This document shows positions 16,013 to 26,813 of a stretch of 32,000 nucleotides of DNA, piece after piece. How positions within the stretch are numbered: the stretch's first letter is position 1; every line of letters begins with the position of its first letter. Under the pieces are notes generated by a model. The model did not search any database. It was not told the DNA's origin and saw only the letters and a program-made list of their open reading frames with translations. Position numbers and translations under genes: made by a program. The stretch lies in assembly GCF_000195955.2 (NCBI RefSeq), contig NC_000962.3:2880001-2912000 (forward strand), in the 5' to 3' direction. Source of the DNA: Mycobacterium tuberculosis H37Rv (GTDB lineage: Bacteria; Actinomycetota; Actinomycetes; Mycobacteriales; Mycobacteriaceae).

Positions 16013-17803
16013 TCATGCCTGCTGGACCCGCTTGGGCTGGGCATCTATTCCGGACTCCTTACGTTGCTGAGCGGTAATGGGCGCCGGCGCGTCGGTGAGC
16101 GGATCGACGCCGCCGCCGGTCTTCGGGAACGCGATCACCTCACGGATCGAGTCCATCCCGGCCAGCAGCGCGGTGGTCCGGTCCCACCCGAACGCGATTC
16201 CGCCGTGCGGCGGTGCGCCAAACATGAACGCCTCCAACAGGAATCCGAACTTTTCCTCCGCCTCGGCCTTGTCCAGGCCCATCACCGCGAACACCCGTTC
16301 CTGGATATCACGGCGGTGGATACGCACCGAGCCGCCACCGATCTCGTGGCCGTTGCAGACGATGTCGTACGCGTCGGCCAGCACGCTGCCGGTATCGGAT
16401 TCGATGCGGTCCTCCCATTCCGGTTTCGGCGCGGTGAAGGCATGGTGCACCGCGGTCCAGGCCCCCGAGCCGACCGCGACCTCACCGGCGGCGGTCGCTT
16501 CGTCGGCCGGCTCGAACAGCGGCGGGTCAACGACCCAGACGAATGCCCACGCATCGGGGTCAATCAGGCCCAGCCGGTTGGCGATCTCGACGCGGGCCGC
16601 GCCCAGCAGTGCCCGCGACGATTTGACCGGACCGGCCGAGAAGAAGATGCAATCGCCGGGTTTGGCCCCGACATGGTCGGCCAGTCCGGTGCGCTCGGCC
16701 TCGGTCAGGTTTTTGGCCACCGGACCGCCCAGCGTGCCGTCTTCGGCGACCAGCACGTAGGCCAGTCCGCGGTGGCCGCGCTGCTTGGCCCAGTCCTGCC
16801 AGCCGTCCAGCGTGCGCCGCGGCTGCGACGCCCCGCCAGGCATCACCACCGCGCCCACATACGGTGCCTGGAAGACACGAAATGTGGTGTCGGAGAAGAA
16901 ATCCGTGCATTCGACGAGCTCCAGCCCGAACCGCAGGTCGGGTTTGTCCGTACCGAATCGGCGCATCGCTTCGGCATAGCCGATCCGCGGGATGGGCGTC
17001 GGAATCCGGTAGCCTATCAGCGCCCACAGCTCGGTCAGAACTTCCTCGGAGATCGCGATGATGTCCTCGGCGTCGACGAAGCTCATCTCCATATCGAGCT
17101 GGGTGAATTCGGGCTGGCGGTCGGCGCGGAAGTCCTCGTCGCGGTAGCAGCGGGCGATCTGGTAGTAGCGTTCCATCCCCGCCACCATCAGCAGCTGCTT
17201 GAACAGCTGCGGGCTCTGCGGTAGGGCGTAAAACGAACCGGGGTGCAGTCGGGCCGGCACCAGGAAGTCGCGCGCTCCCTCCGGGGTCGAGCGGGTGATC
17301 GTCGGCGTCTCGATCTCGACGAAGTCGTGACGCGCCAGCACCGCGCGCGCAGCGGCATTCACCCGGGAACGCAGTCGAATCGCCGCAGCGGGGTCGTCGC
17401 GGCGCAGATCGAGGTAGCGGTACTTCAGTCGCAACTCCTCACCCGCCGGTTCGTCCAGCTGAAACGGCAGCGGCGCACATTCGCCCAGCACGGTCAACGA
17501 CGTGGCGTTGACCTCGATCTCGCCGGTGGCGATCTCCGGGTTGGCGTTGCCTTCCGGGCGGATCTCGACGACGCCGGCCACCGATACGCAGAATTCCGCA
17601 CGCAGCCGGTGAGCCTGCGCCAGCACCTCAGTGTCCTGGGGGTCGCGGAACACCACCTGTGCGATGCCCGAAGCGTCCCGCAGATCGATGAAGATCACGC
17701 CGCCGTGGTCGCGGCGGCGAGCCACCCAGCCGGCCAATGTCACCTGCTGCCCGGCGTCGCCTTCCCGTAGCAAACCCGCGGCGTGGCTGCGCAGCACAAA
17801 CAC
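16013..17803 (-). CDS. aspS: Aspartyl-tRNA synthetase
   Basis: 596 aa, GTG start with GAAGGGGA upstream. It has an N-terminal OB anticodon-binding domain ([23 protein letters not shown]). Class II motifs are present: [33 protein letters not shown] and GGGSVRIHR...[14 protein letters not shown]. Confidence 0.97.
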   Translation of the reverse strand: MFVLRSHAAGLLREGDAGQQVTLAGWVARRRDHGGVIFIDLRDASGIAQVVFRDPQDTEVLAQAHRLRAEFCVSVAGVVEIRPEGNANPEIATGEIEVNATSLTVLGECAPLPFQLDEPAGEELRLKYRYLDLRRDDPAAAIRLRSRVNAAARAVLARHDFVEIETPTITRSTPEGARDFLVPARLHPGSFYALPQSPQLFKQLLMVAGMERYYQIARCYRDEDFRADRQPEFTQLDMEMSFVDAEDIIAISEEVLTELWALIGYRIPTPIPRIGYAEAMRRFGTDKPDLRFGLELVECTDFFSDTTFRVFQAPYVGAVVMPGGASQPRRTLDGWQDWAKQRGHRGLAYVLVAEDGTLGGPVAKNLTEAERTGLADHVGAKPGDCIFFSAGPVKSSRALLGAARVEIANRLGLIDPDAWAFVWVVDPPLFEPADEATAAGEVAVGSGAWTAVHHAFTAPKPEWEDRIESDTGSVLADAYDIVCNGHEIGGGSVRIHRRDIQERVFAVMGLDKAEAEEKFGFLLEAFMFGAPPHGGIAFGWDRTTALLAGMDSIREVIAFPKTGGGVDPLTDAPAPITAQQRKESGIDAQPKRVQQA

Positions 17804-17955
17804 TCCCCTTCAACCGGATTAACCGACTGCTCAGTCTAGAGGTGCCCGCGGCGCACATCGGTCACGCAGGATAATTTCGGCTCATCTCAACAAACATTGC
17901 AACAGGCATTGCCCTAGTCGGACCCGGTGCCGTCGGAACGACGGTCGCCGCGCTG

Positions 17956-18783
17956 TTGCACAAGGCCGGGTATTCGCCGCTGTTGTGCGGCCACACTCCG
18001 CGCGCCGGGATCGAGCTCCGGCGAGACGGCGCAGACCCCATCGTGGTGCCCGGTCCGGTGCACACCAGTCCTCGGGAGGTTGCCGGCCCGGTCGATGTGC
18101 TGATCCTGGCGGTCAAGGCCACTCAGAACGACGCCGCACGTCCCTGGCTGACCCGCCTGTGCGACGAGCGCACCGTGGTGGCCGTGCTGCAAAACGGTGT
18201 CGAACAGGTCGAGCAGGTCCAGCCGCATTGTCCGTCCTCGGCCGTGGTTCCCGCGATCGTGTGGTGTTCGGCCGAGACCCAGCCGCAAGGGTGGGTGCGC
18301 TTGCGCGGTGAAGCCGCACTGGTCGTTCCCACCGGGCCCGCGGCCGAGCAGTTCGCCGGGCTGCTGCGCGGTGCCGGCGCCACGGTGGACTGCGACCCCG
18401 ACTTCACCACGGCGGCCTGGCGCAAACTACTGGTCAACGCGCTGGCGGGATTTATGGTGCTGTCCGGACGGCGGTCGGCAATGTTCCGCCGCGACGACGT
18501 CGCGGCATTGTCGCGCCGCTATGTCGCCGAATGCCTGGCGGTGGCGCGCGCTGAGGGTGCCCGACTCGATGACGACGTCGTCGACGAAGTGGTCCGCCTC
18601 GTCCGGTCGGCCCCGCAGGACATGGGCACCTCGATGCTGGCCGACCGGGCAGCCCACCGGCCACTGGAATGGGATTTGCGCAATGGGGTGATCGTCCGCA
18701 AGGCCCGCGCCCACGGCCTGGCCACCCCGATCAGCGACGTGCTGGTGCCGCTGCTGGCGGCTGCCAGCGACGGTCCCGGATAG
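17956..18783 (+). CDS. ApbA/PanE-family (2-dehydropantoate 2-reductase-like) oxidoreductase; true start unresolved (Rv2573-like)
   Basis: The ORF track starts at TTG 17956. The same frame is open from 17875 and encodes IALVGPGAVGTTVAALL (a GxGxxG Rossmann motif) at 17908-17955, upstream of any ATG, GTG or TTG. An internal GTG at 18043 would remove the NAD(P)-binding motif. Stop at 18783. Confidence 0.75.
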   Translation: MHKAGYSPLLCGHTPRAGIELRRDGADPIVVPGPVHTSPREVAGPVDVLILAVKATQNDAARPWLTRLCDERTVVAVLQNGVEQVEQVQPHCPSSAVVPAIVWCSAETQPQGWVRLRGEAALVVPTGPAAEQFAGLLRGAGATVDCDPDFTTAAWRKLLVNALAGFMVLSGRRSAMFRRDDVAALSRRYVAECLAVARAEGARLDDDVVDEVVRLVRSAPQDMGTSMLADRAAHRPLEWDLRNGVIVRKARAHGLATPISDVLVPLLAAASDGPG

Positions 18784-18805
18784 CAATGTAGCTAATGTCT
18801 AGATC

Positions 18806-19309
18806 ATGTACCCCTGCGAGCGGGTAGGCCTGAGCTTCACCGAGACCGCGCCTTACCTCTTCCGCAACACCGTCGACCTGGCCATCACGCCCGAGCAACT
18901 CTTCGAAGTGCTCGCCGACCCGCAGGCCTGGCCACGCTGGGCAACGGTGATCACAAAGGTGACCTGGACCAGTCCCGAACCGTTCGGCGCCGGCACCACC
19001 CGCATCGTCGAGATGCGCGGGGGTATCGTCGGCGACGAAGAGTTCATTTCGTGGGAGCCTTTCACCCGCATGGCATTTCGGTTCAACGAATGCTCCACCA
19101 GAGCCGTCGGCGCGTTCGCCGAAGACTATCGGGTGCAGGCCATCCCCGGTGGTTGCCGGCTGACCTGGACCATGGCGCAGAAACTCGCCGGCCCGGCGCG
19201 GCCGGCGCTGTTCGTCTTCCGGCCCCTGCTGAACCTGGCGCTGCGCCGGTTTCTAAGGAATCTGCGCAGGTATACCGACGCTCGGTTCGCCGCTGCGCAG
19301 CAGAGTTAG
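18806..19309 (+). CDS. SRPBCC-superfamily (polyketide cyclase/dehydrase-like) protein (Rv2574-like)
   Basis: 167 aa. The N-terminal ITPEQLFEVLADPQAWPRW is typical of SRPBCC ligand-binding proteins. There is no Shine-Dalgarno sequence; a TAATGT hexamer lies 7 nt upstream of the ATG. Confidence 0.8.
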   Translation: MYPCERVGLSFTETAPYLFRNTVDLAITPEQLFEVLADPQAWPRWATVITKVTWTSPEPFGAGTTRIVEMRGGIVGDEEFISWEPFTRMAFRFNECSTRAVGAFAEDYRVQAIPGGCRLTWTMAQKLAGPARPALFVFRPLLNLALRRFLRNLRRYTDARFAAAQQS

Positions 19310-19338
19310 GCTGGATCGGCCGATTTCGGGAGCGTGCG

Positions 19339-20220
19339 ATGACCTTCAACGAGGGTGTGCAAATCGATACCAGCACCACGTCGACCTCGGGTAGCGGTGG
19401 CGGGCGGCGCTTGGCCATCGGGGGCGGCCTCGGTGGGCTACTGGTGGTGGTGGTCGCAATGCTGCTCGGCGTCGATCCCGGTGGCGTGCTGAGCCAACAA
19501 CCTCTCGACACCCGCGACCACGTAGCACCCGGTTTCGACCTGAGCCAGTGCAGAACCGGGGCCGATGCCAACAGGTTCGTGCAGTGCCGGGTGGTGGCCA
19601 CCGGTAACTCCGTGGACGCGGTATGGAAACCGCTGTTGCCCGGCTACACCCGCCCACACATGCGGCTGTTCAGCGGCCAGGTAGGCACCGGATGCGGACC
19701 GGCCAGCAGCGAGGTCGGGCCGTTCTACTGCCCAGTGGACAAAACGGCCTACTTCGACACCGACTTCTTCCAGGTGCTGGTCACCCAATTCGGTTCCAGT
19801 GGCGGCCCATTCGCGGAAGAGTATGTGGTGGCCCATGAATACGGCCATCACGTGCAGAACCTGCTGGGGGTGCTCGGCCGCGCTCAGCAGGGTGCGCAAG
19901 GTGCTGCGGGCAGTGGCGTGCGCACGGAGTTGCAGGCGGACTGCTACGCCGGGGTGTGGGCATACTACGCGTCCACCGTCAAGCAGGAGAGCACCGGTGT
20001 GCCTTACCTGGAGCCGTTGAGCGACAAGGACATCCAAGACGCCCTCGCGGCCGCGGCAGCGGTGGGCGACGACCGTATCCAACAGCAGACGACCGGACGC
20101 ACCAACCCCGAGACCTGGACGCATGGCTCGGCCGCGCAACGGCAGAAGTGGTTCACTGTCGGATACCAGACTGGCGACCCCAACATCTGCGACACCTTTT
20201 CCGCCGCGGACCTGGGGTAG
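19339..20220 (+). CDS. Membrane-anchored YpfJ-like neutral zinc metallopeptidase, Gly-rich N-terminus (Rv2575-like)
   Basis: ATG at 19339 gives 293 aa, with GGGAG upstream. The extension to 19051 overlaps the upstream gene. It has a Gly-rich segment plus TM helix (GGGLGGLLVVVVAMLLG) and an HExxH motif in VVAHEYGHHVQN. Confidence 0.85.
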   Translation: MTFNEGVQIDTSTTSTSGSGGGRRLAIGGGLGGLLVVVVAMLLGVDPGGVLSQQPLDTRDHVAPGFDLSQCRTGADANRFVQCRVVATGNSVDAVWKPLLPGYTRPHMRLFSGQVGTGCGPASSEVGPFYCPVDKTAYFDTDFFQVLVTQFGSSGGPFAEEYVVAHEYGHHVQNLLGVLGRAQQGAQGAAGSGVRTELQADCYAGVWAYYASTVKQESTGVPYLEPLSDKDIQDALAAAAAVGDDRIQQQTTGRTNPETWTHGSAAQRQKWFTVGYQTGDPNICDTFSAADLG

Positions 20221-20225
20221 GCGAA

Positions 20226-20690
20226 TTACCAGGGACGAGTCGAGCACTGCACGCCGCTGCCGCCGTCCTGCGACACCACCACCTGGCCGTCTACAACAAT
20301 CTCGCAGTGGAACTCCGGATTGACCCGCAGGCCGCCGCTGGCGGTGACGATCGCCCACTGGCTCGGGTTTGCCAGCGTGGCGGTATAGACCAGCGGCTGA
20401 CCGCCAGCGATCGGAGTGTGCAAGGTAATCATGTACTTCGATGAATCGGCATTGAAAGCCGCCATGCTGGGCGGATCGGCGCTCATGTACCGAATGTTGG
20501 CCATCAGGTCGCTGGTGGTCGTGACGGTGTAGGTCACCTGATGCCCGACCGGATCCGCGCGGGCAATCGCCGGGATGACCCCGCTGAGCGCGGCTCCGGC
20601 AAACGTCACCAGCGCGACGGCGCTTGGCACTGTGCGCACGGACGTCATATCTAAAACGCTACCGGATGCGTTACCGACGCCGGCCGGCAC
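20226..20690 (-). CDS. Secreted or membrane-anchored MmpS-like protein (Rv2576c-like)
   Basis: 154 aa. A signal or anchor segment reads VPSAVALVTFAGAALSGVIPAIARA. The C-terminal FHCEIVVDGQVVVSQDGGSGVQCS resembles the paired-Cys end of MmpS proteins. An alternative start is Met15 at 20648. Confidence 0.75.
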   Translation of the reverse strand: MPAGVGNASGSVLDMTSVRTVPSAVALVTFAGAALSGVIPAIARADPVGHQVTYTVTTTSDLMANIRYMSADPPSMAAFNADSSKYMITLHTPIAGGQPLVYTATLANPSQWAIVTASGGLRVNPEFHCEIVVDGQVVVSQDGGSGVQCSTRPW

Positions 20691-20877
20691 TGCATGCGAT
20701 GACCGTCGCCCGCCATCCGGGCAAGCCGAATTGCGTGAGCCGCACCGCCATTAGCAGCCGAAAGCTGTCGTTGGCCTCGGGCTTCGCGCTCTGGAGGCGA
20801 TCGCTGGTGTGAGCGTCTACGCAGTTCAGAAAGCCTTTCCGAGCAACGCGCCGAGGTAACTTCAGATTTCGGCAGCC

Positions 20878-20897
20878 GGTTTACCCGCAGGTAAACC
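20878..20897. promoter_or_regulatory. Perfect 8-bp inverted repeat GGTTTACC-N4-GGTAAACC, candidate operator or 5'-UTR hairpin upstream of the phosphatase gene
   Basis: Read directly: ggtttacc cgca ggtaaacc. It lies 21 nt upstream of the GTG at 20918, in the 227-bp divergent intergenic region. Confidence 0.35.
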
Positions 20898-20917
20898 AGG
20901 GCGGGTATGAAACGTGA

Positions 20918-22507
20918 GTGGGCGCCGATCTGAAGCAGCCGCAGGATGCCGATTCACCCCCGAAAGGGGTTAGCCGCCGTAGGTTCCTGACGACGGGCGC
21001 GGCAGCGGTTGTTGGGACAGGTGTCGGCGCGGGCGGGACCGCGCTGCTGTCGTCACACCCCCGGGGTCCTGCCGTCTGGTATCAACGTGGTCGGAGCGGC
21101 GCGCCTCCGGTGGGTGGTCTGCACCTGCAGTTCGGCCGGAATGCCAGCACCGAAATGGTGGTGTCCTGGCATACCACGGACACCGTCGGCAATCCGCGAG
21201 TCATGCTGGGCACGCCAACCTCTGGCTTCGGCAGCGTCGTGGTGGCCGAGACCCGGTCGTACCGGGATGCGAAGTCCAATACCGAGGTGCGCGTCAACCA
21301 CGCTCACCTGACCAACCTGACACCCGATACCGACTACGTCTACGCCGCGGTGCACGACGGTACAACTCCGGAGCTCGGGACCGCACGGACCGCACCGTCG
21401 GGTCGAAAACCGCTACGCTTCACCAGCTTCGGTGATCAGTCCACTCCCGCGTTGGGCAGACTGGCCGACGGGAGGTACGTCAGCGACAACATCGGATCCC
21501 CCTTCGCCGGTGACATCACGATTGCGATCGAGCGTATTGCCCCGTTGTTCAACCTGATCAACGGTGACCTGTGTTACGCCAACCTGGCACAAGACCGAAT
21601 TCGCACCTGGTCGGACTGGTTTGACAACAACACCCGCTCGGCGCGCTACCGGCCGTGGATGCCGGCAGCGGGCAATCACGAGAACGAAGTCGGTAACGGG
21701 CCAATCGGTTATGACGCCTATCAGACCTACTTTGCGGTACCCGACTCGGGATCCAGCCCGCAACTGCGCGGGCTATGGTACTCGTTCACCGCCGGCTCGG
21801 TGCGGGTGATCAGCCTGCACAACGATGATGTGTGCTACCAGGACGGTGGCAACTCCTACGTACGCGGCTATTCGGGCGGCGAACAACGGCGCTGGCTGCA
21901 AGCCGAACTCGCCAACGCTCGGCGCGACTCGGAAATCGACTGGGTGGTCGTCTGCATGCATCAGACCGCGATCTCCACCGCCGACGACAACAACGGTGCC
22001 GACCTCGGAATCCGGCAGGAATGGCTACCGCTGTTCGACCAGTACCAGGTCGACCTGGTGGTGTGCGGCCACGAACACCACTACGAGCGGTCACATCCGC
22101 TGCGCGGGGCCCTGGGCACCGATACCCGAACACCGATACCCGTCGACACCCGCAGCGACCTCATCGACTCAACCCGGGGAACCGTGCACCTGGTAATCGG
22201 TGGGGGCGGCACGTCGAAGCCGACCAACGCGCTGCTCTTCCCGCAGCCTCGGTGCCAGGTGATAACCGGCGTCGGGGATTTTGATCCCGCGATCCGGCGT
22301 AAGCCGTCCATATTCGTGCTCGAGGATGCGCCGTGGTCGGCGTTCCGCGACCGCGATAATCCTTACGGCTTCGTGGCCTTCGACGTCGACCCGGGTCAAC
22401 CCGGCGGCACTACCTCGATCAAGGCGACGTATTACGCGGTGACTGGGCCGTTCGGGGGACTCACCGTCATCGACCAATTCACCTTGACCAAGCCGCGCGG
22501 CGGATAG
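20918..22507 (+). CDS. Tat-exported purple-acid-phosphatase-like metallophosphoesterase (Rv2577-like)
   Basis: 529 aa. The twin-arginine signal is SRRRFLTTGAAAVVGTGVGAGG. Metallophosphatase motifs are FTSFGDQ, GDLCYAN, GNHE, VVCMHQ and GHEHHYER. Confidence 0.92.
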   Translation: MGADLKQPQDADSPPKGVSRRRFLTTGAAAVVGTGVGAGGTALLSSHPRGPAVWYQRGRSGAPPVGGLHLQFGRNASTEMVVSWHTTDTVGNPRVMLGTPTSGFGSVVVAETRSYRDAKSNTEVRVNHAHLTNLTPDTDYVYAAVHDGTTPELGTARTAPSGRKPLRFTSFGDQSTPALGRLADGRYVSDNIGSPFAGDITIAIERIAPLFNLINGDLCYANLAQDRIRTWSDWFDNNTRSARYRPWMPAAGNHENEVGNGPIGYDAYQTYFAVPDSGSSPQLRGLWYSFTAGSVRVISLHNDDVCYQDGGNSYVRGYSGGEQRRWLQAELANARRDSEIDWVVVCMHQTAISTADDNNGADLGIRQEWLPLFDQYQVDLVVCGHEHHYERSHPLRGALGTDTRTPIPVDTRSDLIDSTRGTVHLVIGGGGTSKPTNALLFPQPRCQVITGVGDFDPAIRRKPSIFVLEDAPWSAFRDRDNPYGFVAFDVDPGQPGGTTSIKATYYAVTGPFGGLTVIDQFTLTKPRGG

Positions 22508-22508
22508 C

Positions 22509-24541
<2,033 letters not shown>

Positions 24542-24559
24542 CCGCAACCGGGCCTCATG

Positions 24560-24721
24560 CTAGGCCACCGGCGACCGACGGACTTCCCGCGCGAGCCGCT
24601 CCAAAAGCCTCAGCCGCTCGGGGTGGTCGGCTCGTCAAACGACAGCCCTATCAGCCGAGACACCACGTTGTGCAGCGCGTCAAACACCTCCAGGATCTCT
24701 TCTCGGCTACTCGAAACCCAT
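24560..24721 (-). pseudogene. Decayed relic of a DUF222/REP13E12-family (HNH-endonuclease-associated) gene N-terminus
   Basis: The minus-strand translation in two frames gives SSREEILEVFDALHNVVSRLIGLSFDEPTTP then, after a 1-nt shift near 24610-24625, ERLRLLERLAREVRRSPVA-stop. This fits the remembered family pattern FDALdaavdrL..LsfDaLTTPERLalLERlERvrRRLP. An ATG sits at 24721. Confidence 0.45.
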
Positions 24722-24820
24722 GTTTGAAACGTATGACGCCCACCGACAAGAATGGCCGCCTTGAGGCCCTGCGGCCACGGTGGCGCAAGTGATTTCGGTG
24801 ACTCCGGCTGGAAGCGGCGA

Positions 24821-26092
24821 CTACCCAGCCAGCCGCGAAATTACTTCGGCCACAACCGAATCCATCGAGACCGAAACTTGCTCACCCGTCGTCAAGTCCT
24901 TCACTGCGACCGTCCCGGCCTCGATGTCGCGGTCGCCCGCTACCAACGCAACACGGGCGCCGGAACGAGCGGCCGCGCGCATCGCGCCTTTGAGCCCGCG
25001 ATCACCATAGGCAAGGTCAACCCGCACCCCGGCCGCGCGCAGTCGTCCAGCCAGCACCGCCAGCCTGAGCTTGGCCGCCTCGCCAAGCGGCACGCCGAAC
25101 ACGTCGCACCGGGCGCTGTCCCCCGCCGTCTTGCCCTCGGCCCGCAGCGCCAGCACGGTCCGGTCCACGCCCAGCCCGAACCCGATGCCCGACAAGTCCT
25201 GCCCGCCAAGCTGGTGCATCAGGCCGTCGTAGCGCCCCCCGCCGCCGATCCCCGATTGCGCACCAAGCCCGTCATGGACGAACTCGAAGGCGGTCTTGGT
25301 GTAGTAGTCCAGGCCGCGCACCATGCGCGGGTTGATGACATAGGGCACTCCAAGCGCGTCCAGATGGGCGAGCACGGTGTCGAAATGCTGCTTGGCGACA
25401 TCAGACAGATGATCCAGCAACACCGGCGCCGACGCCGTCATCGCACGCAATTCGGGTCGCTTGTCGTCGAGCACCCGCAGCGGATTGATCCCTGCGCGCC
25501 TGCGGGTGTCCTCGTCGAGATCGAGTCCAAACAAGAACTCCTGCAACAGTTCCCGGTACTGCGGACGGCAACTCTCGTCTCCCAGGGAGGTGATTTCCAG
25601 CCGGAACCCGTCGAGACCCAACGAGCGGAACCCGGCGTCGGCAATGGCGATCACCTCGGCGTCCAACGCCGGGTCGTCGACGCCGATCGCCTCCACCCCG
25701 ACTTGCTGTAACTGGCGATACCGGCCGGCCTGCGGACGCTCGTAGCGGAAAAACGGGCCCGCATAACACAACTTCACCGGCAGCGCGCCGCGATCCAGCC
25801 CGTGTTCGATCACCGCACGCACCACCCCGGCGGTGCCCTCGGGCCGCAGCGTCACCGAGCGGTCGCCACGGTCGGCGAACGTATACATCTCCTTGGACAC
25901 CACGTCGGTGGATTCACCCACGCCCCGGGCGAACAGGGCGGTGTCCTCGAAGATGGGCAGCTCGATGTGGCTATAGCCGGCTTGACGGGCCGCCGCGAGC
26001 AGCCCGTCGCGCACCGCGACGAACTGCGCCGAGTCGGGCGGGACGTAGTCCGGTACCCCCTTGGGGGCCGAAAATGACGAGAATTCCGTCAC
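24821..26092 (-). CDS. hisS: Histidyl-tRNA synthetase
   Basis: 423 aa, GTG start. Class II HisRS motifs are present: [24 protein letters not shown] and GGGGRYDGL. An anticodon-binding C-terminal domain follows. Confidence 0.97.
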
Positions 26093-26763
26093 CGGCTCAA
26101 GCCCTCAAGGAACGGATTGAAGCGCCGCTCGGCCCCAATGGTGGTGGAGTTGCCGTGCCCGGGCAGCACCACCGTGCTGTCGTCGAGCACCAGGAGTTTG
26201 TCGACGATGGAGCGCAACAGGTCGCGGCCGCTGCCGCCGGCCAAGTCGGTGCGGCCTATCGCACGCTCGAACAGGGTGTCACCGGTGAACACGATGTCCT
26301 TGTCGTTGTTGGTCGCCTGCAGGACCCGGAAGACCACCGACCCGCGGGTGTGACCCGGTGTGTGATCGATGTTGACCGAGATGCCGCCGAGGTCGATCTT
26401 GTCGCCGTCTCGGTCCAGCTCCACAACCTGTTTAGGCTCACGAAAGAACGCACCCGCAACCAGCTGCGCTATCCGCGGGCCCAGGCCGTAGATGGGGTCG
26501 GTCAGCATGAACCGGTCGGCGGGATGCACATAGGTGGGGCAGCCGAAGGTGTCTGAGACCTTCTGCGCGGACCAGATGTGATCGATGTGTCCGTGGGTGA
26601 GCAGCACCGCGGCAGGGGTCAGCCGGTTCTTGTCGAGGATGCGACGCAGCGTGCCCATCGCACCCTGGCCCGGATCGACGATGACGGCGTCGGTTCCGGG
26701 CCGCTCGGCCAGCACATAACAGTTACACGCCAGCAACCCCGCAGGAAATCCGGTGATCAACAC
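26089..26763 (-). CDS. Metallo-beta-lactamase-fold hydrolase (glyoxalase II-like, Rv2581c-like)
   Basis: The THGHIDH metal motif is present, with a downstream HTPGHT and a DTLF...GRTD tail. GTG at 26763 gives 224 aa. The extension to 26829 would overlap the divergent ppiB start. The stop overlaps the hisS GTG by 4 nt (GTGA). Confidence 0.88.
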
Positions 26764-26813
26764 GGTTCCCAGTTTCCCATCCCCGGCGTCCGGGGACGAG
26801 GCGGGCCGCGAAC

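Noticed and set aside
20907..20933. 8-codon uORF (MKREWAPI) overlapping the GTG start of the phosphatase gene.
   Set aside because: The spacing to the preceding G-rich stretch is too short, there is no evidence of conservation, and it could easily arise by chance.
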